Source of the DNA: a virus
Lineage: Duplodnaviria; Caudoviricetes
Strand: one strand, 5' to 3'
DNA: 64,000 bases
Virus record (IMG/VR): IMGVR_UViG_2839026242_000001
Coordinates: 64,001 to 128,000 of that record
Position numbers and translations under genes: made by a program. The notes under the pieces were generated by a model that was not told where the DNA came from, made no database searches, and saw only the letters and a list, made by a program, of their open reading frames with translations. This document shows positions 1-8,706 of the stretch, in pieces; positions within the stretch are counted from its first letter, which is position 1; each line of letters opens with the position of its first letter.

Positions 1-378
1 TCCATACACATGCCCCCATTCAATCAAGAAGTCATTTACTTTTAGAGAGCCTTCATTTGTTATTACTTCATTAATTATGGCATTCAATTCGCTAATAGAA
101 CAATTAGCGGCATAAAGCGCATCCTCTTCATTTACTTCAAATGAATATGATATCACTAATTGCATTTCTCCATACCATTTGTCATCAATTTCGTCTTGCC
201 ACTCACATTTCCAATCATGTACCTTGACTACATGCTGAACCCCACTCAATGTATGTATCTTCAATTCAATAGTTAGCGGTTCAAAAGTCTTCAGCGTTTC
301 TACCCTCAAAACAATATTACCAAACACTTCAGATTTTACTTTTTGCTCTGCTTGAACTAAAATGAAATTAGGTGTCAT
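1..378 (-). CDS. Hypothetical protein, truncated by the window edge (MTPNFILVQAEQKVKSEVFG...)
   Basis: ATG at 378 after a GGAGG RBS; frame stays open to position 1; not in the ORF track. Confidence 0.7.
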   Translation of the reverse strand, partial: MTPNFILVQAEQKVKSEVFGNIVLRVETLKTFEPLTIELKIHTLSGVQHVVKVHDWKCEWQDEIDDKWYGEMQLVISYSFEVNEEDALYAANCSISELNAIINEVITNEGSLKVNDFLIEWGHVYG

Positions 379-464
379 TTATGATGCCTCCTATTTGAGC
401 GCTCTCTATCTTTGGTCGGACGGAAGCGCTCTTTTCTTATTATAAAGTATGAGCAACTTGTACA

Positions 465-508
465 AGAACACTTGTTCTTATTATGACTGATTCACAAATT
501 CTCGTCAA
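465..508 (-). promoter_or_regulatory. SigA promoter with an adjacent LexA (SOS) box
   Basis: TTGACG (508-503), 17 bp, CATAAT (485-480); AGAACACTTGTTCT at 465-478 fits the Firmicutes GAAC-N4-GTTC box. Confidence 0.65.
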
Positions 509-664
509 TATGTTATACCCGTTTTCAAATACATTTTATCAAGTGATTTCACTGAAATCACGAAGTATTGGTAAAATCGAAGGGGAATTCATTTCAACGA
601 ATTCCTATTGACAAACTAAAATATTTTAATAATTCAATTAATAAAAATAAAAACCCTTATGGAT

Positions 665-1498
665 TTAAGGGTTTTTAAGAGTAACTGTAAATTGCACATG
701 ATTATCTTTTGCTTGACCGATAATTGTCCCATTGTGTTTTTCAACCAATTTTTTCACAATGGCTAACCCATTTCCTCTTTTCTTGTCCTTATTGGTCGTA
801 TATCCTAATTCAAACCAACAGGAGATTGAAACATCTTCACTCTTTAAATAGCAATTCTCAAAAATTAACACATCTTCTTTGTCAATCGTATACCATCTAA
901 ATGTAATTTGCTTGTTTTCACTGTGTTCAGATGCTTTGATTGCATTGTCCAAAAGATTCCCAACAATAGCAACCAAATCCTTAGTATTGAAACTAGCAAG
1001 TTGCGATTTGCTGGTAATATCACAATTTACTGTCACACCTCTTTTATAAGCATCATAGAATTTTACACTTAATAAATATGACAATGCAGGATTGTGAATT
1101 TCTGTGATAAACGTGTGCTCATCTTTTAGGTCAAGTATATTGTTCAAATATTTTCTAGCATTAGAATACTGTTCGTTTTCTAACATTTCATCGATAAGTG
1201 TGTAATTTTTAGATACCTCACTTATCGTTTCTTCAAACATATTGTATACGAGTTCTTGCGAATGACTGTATTGCTTACTTGTCTCATGGGCAGTTTTCGC
1301 AATAACTATAAATAAATACCTGATAAATATTAAAATCAATAATGCAAATAGAATTGTCATAGAAATGTTTAATGTCCACACTTTTTCTATAACTTCAATA
1401 TTAATAACAGCTATTGTCATCAATATAAGTTCAATGATCCCAATAATATAGAGCAATAATACATAAAACTGTTCTAAAGTCTTTGGAATGATAAACAT
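665..1498 (-). CDS. AgrC/CitA-like GHKL histidine-kinase-like protein, 2 TM, phospho-His apparently absent
   Basis: N box GNLLDNAIKA, F box FELGYTT, G2 RGNGL; hydrophobic N-terminus. Confidence 0.85.
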   Translation of the reverse strand: MFIIPKTLEQFYVLLLYIIGIIELILMTIAVINIEVIEKVWTLNISMTILFALLILIFIRYLFIVIAKTAHETSKQYSHSQELVYNMFEETISEVSKNYTLIDEMLENEQYSNARKYLNNILDLKDEHTFITEIHNPALSYLLSVKFYDAYKRGVTVNCDITSKSQLASFNTKDLVAIVGNLLDNAIKASEHSENKQITFRWYTIDKEDVLIFENCYLKSEDVSISCWFELGYTTNKDKKRGNGLAIVKKLVEKHNGTIIGQAKDNHVQFTVTLKNP

Positions 1499-1608
1499 AT
1501 CCCTAAACTCCTATTTATCTTCTCCGTATCGAGATTTATGATATTCTGATAGCCAGCCGAAAAAATGACACAACCATCTTTTTATTCTATGCTTCATTTT
1601 TTCACCCT

Positions 1609-2388
1609 TTATAAATTATTCACAAACTTTAACAGACTTCCCAGCATACCTCGTCTATTTTTTAGATCAGCGCTATGCATTGTCACCATCTTTTTTACGT
1701 AATTTACTCTCTCTTCACTTATTGGCAACACATCATCATTCGACATAATCAATACATTGTCTTTGACTTCTTTGGCAAACCCCAGGTTTATTATGGATGA
1801 TCTACTAATGTAGATAAAATTGTGATCTTCTAATAGTTTCGCATAAACATTCAATCGCAATTCTGTTGTGTATGGCTCTACTCGTCCAACTGTACGAACA
1901 TTTACATTACCCTTGGTTGACTCTATATAAAGGATTTCCGATGGGAAGGTAACATATGATTCATTGCCACAAATGGGAATACAAGCCCCATTATTATCAA
2001 TAAAGCGTTTATATAAGTAATAATTTTTGAGTTTCTCCAGCGCACTTTTAAGTCTTTTAAAATCAATTGCTTTTGTAACAACATCTGTAATACCAATAGT
2101 GTAAGAATGTGCTGCGAGCAGTTTTTCACCAGTTACTACAATTGCAGGCAAATCATAGCCATATTCACGACACAAGTTATATGCAGTTATCCCGTCGATT
2201 GACTCACTTCCCAGATCGAGGTCAAGTATTAAAGCATTTATGTTGTCCTTCTCACTAAGCTGTAAAAACATTTCATCAGCATTTTTCGCAGTGTGCACAC
2301 TTTTTACAAAGGGCAAATGATAAACATATGTAGCGAGCAGCTTTCTGATTTCAAATTGATCTTCGACGATCAAGATATGTAGATCCAT
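1609..2388 (-). CDS. AgrA-like response regulator (REC + LytTR)
   Basis: IVED and ILDLDL receiver motifs; LytTR signature ILYIES...FIYISRSSIINL; ATG at 2388 follows an RBS. Confidence 0.88.
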   Translation of the reverse strand: MDLHILIVEDQFEIRKLLATYVYHLPFVKSVHTAKNADEMFLQLSEKDNINALILDLDLGSESIDGITAYNLCREYGYDLPAIVVTGEKLLAAHSYTIGITDVVTKAIDFKRLKSALEKLKNYYLYKRFIDNNGACIPICGNESYVTFPSEILYIESTKGNVNVRTVGRVEPYTTELRLNVYAKLLEDHNFIYISRSSIINLGFAKEVKDNVLIMSNDDVLPISEERVNYVKKMVTMHSADLKNRRGMLGSLLKFVNNL

Positions 2389-2541
2389 CTGTGACTTCCC
2401 TCCCAAAGATGTTATAAGTTTATTCTAGCAAATGTCCTCACAGAAATAACGAAAAATAAACACATGTAAAGATTTTTCTTGACATATTGTTCGATTTGTG
2501 ATTAGAAGTAGAAAATGAAAAAGGTGAAAGCTGGACTTTCA

Positions 2542-2892
2542 TCAACTTTCACCTTTTTTTAGAAACTCTTTTAAATTCTCAATATGCTTTTCTGCTACTA
2601 CTATAGATTTTCTTGAGTCTTTTATGATGATTTTATGCTCTTTCTCATCAAGTTCAGCAATTTTATGTAAATTTACTAACACCCCCCAATCTAATCTTTC
2701 AAATCCTTTTTCCTTTAATACTACTTGCCAGTAGTCTAGCGCATTTGGGCGTACATAAACACCATCGGCTGTATGAAACTCAACTTCATTTCTTTTTCTT
2801 GCTAGGTGAGTAATATCTGTAACACTTAACCAAATTATTCCCTGCTCTTCGTTTCCTTTGCGAACACATGGAATAATCATTGCTGTTCTCAC
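2542..2892 (-). CDS. Stand-alone LytTR DNA-binding domain protein
   Basis: GFERLDWGVLVNLHKI LytTR-like motif; no receiver domain. Confidence 0.75.
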   Translation of the reverse strand: MRTAMIIPCVRKGNEEQGIIWLSVTDITHLARKRNEVEFHTADGVYVRPNALDYWQVVLKEKGFERLDWGVLVNLHKIAELDEKEHKIIIKDSRKSIVVAEKHIENLKEFLKKGES

Positions 2893-2906
2893 CCATTTCT
2901 TAATAC

Positions 2907-3035
2907 CTAGTTATTCTTGTACAATTCTTGAGGAGCTTCTGGCTGGTGAATAAGAGCTGCTGAGTATGGAGATACGACTAGTACAGCAACAATAGCCAAA
3001 AACCTAGAGATTTGTTTAGCAAGGAATGCTTTCAT
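2907..3035 (-). CDS. agrD: AgrD-like cyclic autoinducing-peptide precursor, 42 aa (MKAFLAKQISRFLAIVAVLVVSPYSAALIHQPEAPQELYKNN)
   Basis: Translated by hand; ATGA overlap with the agrB stop; AGGAGG RBS; amphipathic leader plus S-x4-HQPExP tail typical of AgrD. Confidence 0.85.
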   Translation of the reverse strand: MKAFLAKQISRFLAIVAVLVVSPYSAALIHQPEAPQELYKNN

Positions 3036-3568
3036 TTACAATCACCTCCTTCCATTGTTTTATATATAACCAATGTAAGGCTTTGCACAAAAAAAGTAAC
3101 TGCAAGTATATCCGACTCAATAATTAAATTTAATAAAATTATAAAAATAGATATCAGTTTTAACAATGGGTCATGTTTTTTAGTAAAAAACTTGGATTGA
3201 TTCACTCCAATGGGAGCTAATAATGCTGTAATAAATATTGAAATCAATGTTATTACAAATACATTTTTATCACTAACTGGTACATAAGGGATAAGTACTG
3301 CACCTATAACACTGAATATCGTACATAGTTCAGCACTTTTAAAATGAAATCCTCCAGAAAAAAATCTCAAAGAGACAAATGATATTAAAACAATAATAGT
3401 TTCAAGTGCACTTCCTAGCAGTGATGCTAGGAGCAATGATAAGAAAATTGCACTTCCTGTTCCAATGAGCATTATCAAAGAAAATTTCATGACTTCTATA
3501 CTACTTGTTTCATTTGGATTTATACTCTTAATCTTCACGGCAATTTTATAGGCTAGTGCCTCTATCAT
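3032..3568 (-). CDS. agrB: Accessory gene regulator B (AIP-processing membrane peptidase)
   Basis: LRFFSGGFH...C motif (catalytic His/Cys), LAP motif, multiple TM segments. Confidence 0.9.
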   Translation of the reverse strand: MIEALAYKIAVKIKSINPNETSSIEVMKFSLIMLIGTGSAIFLSLLLASLLGSALETIIVLISFVSLRFFSGGFHFKSAELCTIFSVIGAVLIPYVPVSDKNVFVITLISIFITALLAPIGVNQSKFFTKKHDPLLKLISIFIILLNLIIESDILAVTFFVQSLTLVIYKTMEGGDCK

Positions 3569-4238
3569 TCATTTCCTCCTTTTTGTTAGAAAAGTGAACC
3601 AATGAACAAAGACAAAATGTTAAAAATACAAGTAAAACCAAAATATATTCTCTATTTGCTAATGTACTAAGAAATACCATTAAACTCAAAAGTAAATATG
3701 ATGTAATTACTGTTATCAAAAGCGCAAAATTAATTGGATCATTTAAGCTTACCTTACGATGAGCATCAGGTATAAATTGCCATCCCATGTTTGTTCTTTT
3801 TATTATGACAGCTATACCTAGTGTTACAATTACCGTTATCAATTGCAATATATAACCAATCAGTGTAACGCCTTCGACAATCTCTTTGGTAAGTTGCTCT
3901 AACTCAAACGCCCCAATGTAATTCATTATTGCAAAACAAATAATTTGTATAGTTGAATATGCGCAATAGGATAATATCACTGCAATAGAAGAGTAAAAAA
4001 GTTGAATCCTCGAAAAATAAATAAATAATAATATCATAAGAGCTATTTGTAATGATACAGAAAAATTAACAAAATGAGTATTATATCTTAATACATATGA
4101 AAATACACTTTCGAGTACTGCTATTGCTAAAACAGGGACAACATAGTCCTTCATAGGCAATCTAAAGATAGCCAAGAGTAGCAAAACTATTGCAGCATAT
4201 TCTAAAGAAGAAAAGAATACAAAAAGAACGAGATCCAT
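3546..4238 (-). CDS. Polytopic membrane protein (~7 TM), candidate separate AIP sensor
   Basis: Almost entirely hydrophobic; first gene of the agr cluster; overlaps the agrB start. Confidence 0.6.
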   Translation of the reverse strand: MDLVLFVFFSSLEYAAIVLLLLAIFRLPMKDYVVPVLAIAVLESVFSYVLRYNTHFVNFSVSLQIALMILLFIYFSRIQLFYSSIAVILSYCAYSTIQIICFAIMNYIGAFELEQLTKEIVEGVTLIGYILQLITVIVTLGIAVIIKRTNMGWQFIPDAHRKVSLNDPINFALLITVITSYLLLSLMVFLSTLANREYILVLLVFLTFCLCSLVHFSNKKEEMNDRGTSL

Positions 4239-4336
4239 ATTTCATCTCCCTCACAGTAAAATATATTTGTATTTTACCACCCAGTAACTAAATGACAACA
4301 AGTTTTTTGGAACTTCAAATTAAAAGCAGTCCGTCA

Positions 4337-5365
4337 TTACGACAGACTGCCTTCTCCATAAAATTGTTTAATCATATCCATGTTAATATAACTCTTCATG
4401 GCAGACCAGTTATATTCTTCAACCCCATGATTATCGAACTTGCTTACTCCAAATTGTTCACATATTTCAAAGTATTGTTCTTTATCTCCAAAGTGTCCAT
4501 CCCGATCAAGGATTTGTTTTGCCATGTAGATCATGCCACTGCGCTGAATATTTTTCACCGTGAAGTTTTCAATATTAAAGAGTTCGCTAATTGTAGACAA
4601 TCTACCATAAACAACATGGGTATTAACTTGATCTATATGAACTACCTTAGTTTTTGCTGGCTTAATCACATACCCTGTTTCGATTAATTCGCTTGTCTCT
4701 TTTGTGTTTCTAGAGTTGGGGGCAATATGACCATTTCGCTTAAAGTACTCGGTTTGATTTATAGCATCTTTTATTAAGGTAATACATTCTTTAGGAGTTG
4801 TTATTCGTCTAGTTTGATTGTCTTTGTCATCAGTTAATATTAATTCATTGGTTTCAAAATTAACATCGCTTGGGCGAAGGTTTCTTAACTCAGAAACTTC
4901 CCGACCATTTGCCCCATAAAATAAGAGAGAGATAATCACAGCATCTTGAGCATTTTTACATTTTTCAATGATCTCGTCTATCTCTTTCTTAGAGAAAAAC
5001 ATTTTAATATTCTTGTCTATAAACTTTTCTGCCCAGTCATCGAGTTGATATTTCATGGGATTTATTGTGTTTGACCTATATCCTTCTTCAATTGCCCAGT
5101 CTAAATACGACGAAATAATACTAATATTTGACTTACTCGCCGCCAAAGTTTTTGGTTTAAGATGAAACAAAACATTCTCGATTTCTTTAATATTGAAATC
5201 GTACATGTCTCGTCCTAAACTTTCTTCAACAACACTGCTCCTAATAAAAATTCTTTCATACGGCCCTTTGCTATCATCAGAAATCACTTCCATGAATCTT
5301 TGTTTTACTCCTTCATTGTACATGTCGCCTTCATAAATTTGGTTAGGGGCTTTTTTATTAGACAC
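4337..5365 (-). CDS. YopR/MrpR-like repressor with a degenerate tyrosine-recombinase fold
   Basis: Integrase-like LLFYGANGREVSELRNL and TVKNIQRSGMIY without HxxR; directly follows the YopQ-like gene, as in SPbeta. Confidence 0.75.
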   Translation of the reverse strand: MSNKKAPNQIYEGDMYNEGVKQRFMEVISDDSKGPYERIFIRSSVVEESLGRDMYDFNIKEIENVLFHLKPKTLAASKSNISIISSYLDWAIEEGYRSNTINPMKYQLDDWAEKFIDKNIKMFFSKKEIDEIIEKCKNAQDAVIISLLFYGANGREVSELRNLRPSDVNFETNELILTDDKDNQTRRITTPKECITLIKDAINQTEYFKRNGHIAPNSRNTKETSELIETGYVIKPAKTKVVHIDQVNTHVVYGRLSTISELFNIENFTVKNIQRSGMIYMAKQILDRDGHFGDKEQYFEICEQFGVSKFDNHGVEEYNWSAMKSYINMDMIKQFYGEGSLS

Positions 5366-5368
5366 TTT

Positions 5369-6679
5369 TTAAACTCCCTCCAACGGAATTTGATTAAAAT
5401 ACTCACGAACAAACTTCTTGAATCTCTTGTTAGACAATGGAGCATTCATCTTTTTAACTTCGTCAAAGAACGGGTTGCTTTCGGTTAAGTCAATTTGTGA
5501 TATAACTTCTACAACACTTCTTGCTGGAATATTATTTTCGTACATATGTCTTGCTAAAGTAATATATCCAATAAACATGAAGTGTTTAGACATTATTGTT
5601 TCACCGCTTTTATCTCTTGCAAACTCCTCTGGGAAGGAACCAATCAGATAATCAAAAAACACTGTTAGATAATCTGCTAAATCCATAGCTTCGATTTTGG
5701 AATTGATCTTAAATTGTTCTTCGATCTCATCAGTCAATAGTTTATAACTCACTAAATGTCCAACATTGTGATTTACCAAATGAGTTGGAGAAACTCTATT
5801 CTTGAGTTCAGATTCTTTTTGAAGCTCTTTTGCAACAATGTCGCTGTATCTGTCAGCCTTAAGTTTTTGAATATAGGTGTTAGGCATCTTATTAACCGTA
5901 TTAATTTGTGCCACATATGCTTGAGCTTCTTTAATTGTAAAATTTTTTATAGCAACCTGTACTTTTAAATCTGCGTCAGGATTAAAATTATTTATTACTT
6001 GAGAAAAAGCGTTGAGACGATGGAATCCATCCAATATGTCGATTTCACCAGACACAATTGTCAATCTTCCGTGTTTAGGGTCATACATGATTTCATCATT
6101 TCCATCAGATAAAACGTTGAGTATTAACGTATCGGCTTTAAATGTATTATTTAATATATGCTGTGTAATCTCCTTTACTGATTGCGGATTAATGTTGGCT
6201 ATTGGAACAATTTTACCTTCTCTATTTTTTCTTTCTTTTGGATTACGTTGTGTTTCATGGTTATACTCGATGAGAAGTGAATTATCCCATTCAACAAGAG
6301 TCTTTATCGGCAAAACAGTAATAAATTCTTTATCATTTAAAGACAATACGTTATCAATTACAAGAGGTAGTTTAATTTTGTCATCATGATATTCCTCATA
6401 CCTTGAAGCAATTTGAATTTCTCTTTCGTTGAAATATAATTCGGGATTAAATATATTCTCTGATGTAAGGACATAAATTGCATTTGTAAATAAAAAGAGC
6501 ATTGTGTCATCAATCTCTTGAATAGGGATATTCTGACTAATAATCCTTTGAACATCTCCTGCAAGTATTTTATGTTTAGCTAATTCATTTTTCAGGTCTT
6601 CTGTAAATTTAAGATCAGATTTAATGGTTTCGAATTTTTGTACAAGGATTTCCTCTAGTTGAGAACGATTAACCTTCAT
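5369..6679 (-). CDS. YopQ-like DndB/DGQHR (ParB-like) protein of the lysogeny module
   Basis: ILDGFHRL motif; synteny with the yopR-like gene. Confidence 0.75.
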   Translation of the reverse strand: MKVNRSQLEEILVQKFETIKSDLKFTEDLKNELAKHKILAGDVQRIISQNIPIQEIDDTMLFLFTNAIYVLTSENIFNPELYFNEREIQIASRYEEYHDDKIKLPLVIDNVLSLNDKEFITVLPIKTLVEWDNSLLIEYNHETQRNPKERKNREGKIVPIANINPQSVKEITQHILNNTFKADTLILNVLSDGNDEIMYDPKHGRLTIVSGEIDILDGFHRLNAFSQVINNFNPDADLKVQVAIKNFTIKEAQAYVAQINTVNKMPNTYIQKLKADRYSDIVAKELQKESELKNRVSPTHLVNHNVGHLVSYKLLTDEIEEQFKINSKIEAMDLADYLTVFFDYLIGSFPEEFARDKSGETIMSKHFMFIGYITLARHMYENNIPARSVVEVISQIDLTESNPFFDEVKKMNAPLSNKRFKKFVREYFNQIPLEGV

Positions 6680-6814
6680 AAAGTCACCTTCCTCTTTATT
6701 TAGTTAGTAAAATTGTAGACATTTCCAACTTTTATTATACATTAAATCAGCAAAAATAACAATGATATTATATTTTTTTTGTATACACAAATGTCCCCTG
6801 TTTTAAGGGGACAT

Positions 6815-7429
6815 TTAATTCTTGTCCAATCCCATAATAAAAGTTATAGTTCTAAATGAGTTATTTGAAGTCGCTAACTGCAATGCAATCTTTCTTAATG
6901 CATTAGCGTCTTTCATGTCGTTCAGTTTGGATATGAACTTACCCCTAATATCCTTTTGGCATTCATCACAATACCAGTGATGTTCATATTCAGGCGTGTA
7001 TTGATTATAGCAACCAGCATTATAACAAACACGATCTTTTACTTTGACAGGTTTGCCATATGTTCTAAATCCAGCCTCATTCATTGCCTCAGACCATGTT
7101 AACCCTCTCTTTGATAATGAATCACTATCAGGTTTCATTTTTAACTTATCATACTCGGTGCTGGTCGGAATGTATCCTAATTCTTTAATTGAGTCTTTAA
7201 GTTGCTGAATCAATTCTTCAGCGGTTAGCATTGATGGATGCGGCATAATATTTGCTTCACGCAATATATTAGTCCACCCAAAGTGTTCTTTAATATAAGA
7301 GTAGGATGGTTTTAAACCTGAAGATTTATAGATTTCAGGAGTTACTTTTCCTTTATTTTCAGTAGATAAAGCCCTTAAATTTCTTAATATTAATTTCTTT
7401 GCTTCAGCCTTTGTATATACTTTCGACAT
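6815..7429 (-). CDS. Protein with homing-endonuclease-associated repeats and a Cys cluster
   Basis: Two repeats (P..Y....KPS......FGW...L.EA pattern) followed by C-x4-C...C-x2-C. Confidence 0.6.
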   Translation of the reverse strand: MSKVYTKAEAKKLILRNLRALSTENKGKVTPEIYKSSGLKPSYSYIKEHFGWTNILREANIMPHPSMLTAEELIQQLKDSIKELGYIPTSTEYDKLKMKPDSDSLSKRGLTWSEAMNEAGFRTYGKPVKVKDRVCYNAGCYNQYTPEYEHHWYCDECQKDIRGKFISKLNDMKDANALRKIALQLATSNNSFRTITFIMGLDKN

Positions 7430-7518
7430 ACTCGATCACCTCAAGTTAATTATAATGAAGCTATTTAACAAAAACAACAAAACAAAAACCATGCTTAATT
7501 GCATGGTTTAAAAATTAT

Positions 7519-7782
7519 TTAATTTATTATATTTAGATAATACATTTTTTCATCAGTAAAATCGTCATATTGATAATCTAGTTGCTTGATATATCCAATC
7601 AAACTATTCCACTCTTTTGTTGTTACTTTACCGTACTGCTCAATCTCACTTACCGTTTCATAAAAAATATCCAAGCAATCTTTATTTAGAATGACAGAAG
7701 GATCAATCTTCTGGAAATCTGCTGTAATTACATTACCTTTAATTGATTTAATAAAATTCATTATATACCCCCTAATTTTCAC
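7519..7782 (-). CDS. Hypothetical protein
   Basis: ORF track; followed by an inverted-repeat terminator near 7485-7509. Confidence 0.55.
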   Translation of the reverse strand: MKIRGYIMNFIKSIKGNVITADFQKIDPSVILNKDCLDIFYETVSEIEQYGKVTTKEWNSLIGYIKQLDYQYDDFTDEKMYYLNIIN

Positions 7783-7863
7783 GTCCCGTTCTCTTGATAT
7801 AAATTATACTCCATAATTATTTTAGTTACAATATCACATGTTATTCTTTATTATAGTTTATTT

Positions 7864-8355
7864 TTATGCTACTTTAGCCTGATGCCATGTGATATTACAT
7901 TCAACACAGTCTAAGGTAATATATTCATCGCTGGTTGTATGAAATGTTATAACGTCACCCTGATAACTTATTAAATCTTCATATGGCTTGTACAATTCAA
8001 CATTAACAATCAACGCTAACTCCCCCAATACTGTATATGAGCCGTTGTTTTCATATGAATTAGTCCAGTCTAAAGAGAAATCATCCACCTTTATTTTACG
8101 CATTGGAAGATTATACTGAATCAAAACGTCATTGATATACATGTCATTCAGCATATACTGTGCCGCCATGAGAGAGCTTGTCTGATCCTCAGTATCAATG
8201 TTATGAGCTACAACTGTTACTTTTATCGTCCCGTTTGCAGTGGTTTTTGCATTGACATCAAACTTTCTACCCGTCCTTTTCTCGTGCATCTTTTTAGTTG
8301 CTAATTCAATCATTTGTATAGACTTGGCGAGTTGTTTATTTAAGTTGTTACTCAT
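7864..8355 (-). CDS. Hypothetical protein at the aimX-equivalent position
   Basis: First gene after the peptide-gene terminator; has an extended -10 (TGGTAATAT, 8400-8392). Confidence 0.6.
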   Translation of the reverse strand: MSNNLNKQLAKSIQMIELATKKMHEKRTGRKFDVNAKTTANGTIKVTVVAHNIDTEDQTSSLMAAQYMLNDMYINDVLIQYNLPMRKIKVDDFSLDWTNSYENNGSYTVLGELALIVNVELYKPYEDLISYQGDVITFHTTSDEYITLDCVECNITWHQAKVA

Positions 8356-8403
8356 ATTAAAACACCCCTTGTCATTTATCTTTACATCTTTATATTACCA
8401 TGT

Positions 8404-8441
8404 GTTTACATAGAAATTACCATTCATTTTTTCATGTAAAC
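8404..8441. promoter_or_regulatory. Candidate AimR-type operator GTTTACAT-N22-ATGTAAAC
   Basis: Perfect 8-bp inverted arms spanning 38 bp over the -35 region of the next promoter; AimR operators are 6-25-6 palindromes. Confidence 0.55.
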
Positions 8442-8464
8442 TCCTCGACAATAATCGACATATG

Positions 8465-8506
8465 AAAATAAAAAAAGAAGAGCAGAGAATTTCTCCACTC
8501 TTCTTT
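8465..8506 (-). terminator. Intrinsic terminator after the aimP-like gene
   Basis: AAAGAAGAG/CTCTTCTTT stem followed by a U-run on the minus strand. Confidence 0.8.
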
Positions 8507-8512
8507 CGGTTA

Positions 8513-8626
8513 TTAGCCTCTTTCACCATCATCTGCAAGTTGTACAGATGGGGATACTGCGGTGTATGTAGCTACACCTAGCGTCAATACTGCGATAGCG
8601 AATGCAATAACTGCGACCTTCTTCAT
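8513..8626 (-). CDS. AimP/Phr-like secreted propeptide, 37 aa (MKKVAVIAFAIAVLTLGVATYTAVSPSVQLADDGERG)
   Basis: Translated by hand; AGGAGGTG RBS; MKK plus hydrophobic signal peptide; lies directly after the receptor gene. Confidence 0.85.
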   Translation of the reverse strand: MKKVAVIAFAIAVLTLGVATYTAVSPSVQLADDGERG

Positions 8627-8706
8627 TTATTTCACCTCCTTTCAAGAAGGTCGCACTAACAATCTTTAACTAGTATTAAATCCTTTCATGACACCATACC
8701 CCTTTC

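Noticed and set aside
4337-5365. Prophage integrase marking an att boundary
   Set aside because: The catalytic HxxR is missing, phage-like genes continue on both sides, and it fits a YopR/MrpR-type repressor.
5369-6679. DNA phosphorothioation (dnd) system
   Set aside because: Only a DndB-like fold is present, with no dndACDE; the context matches SPbeta yopQ.
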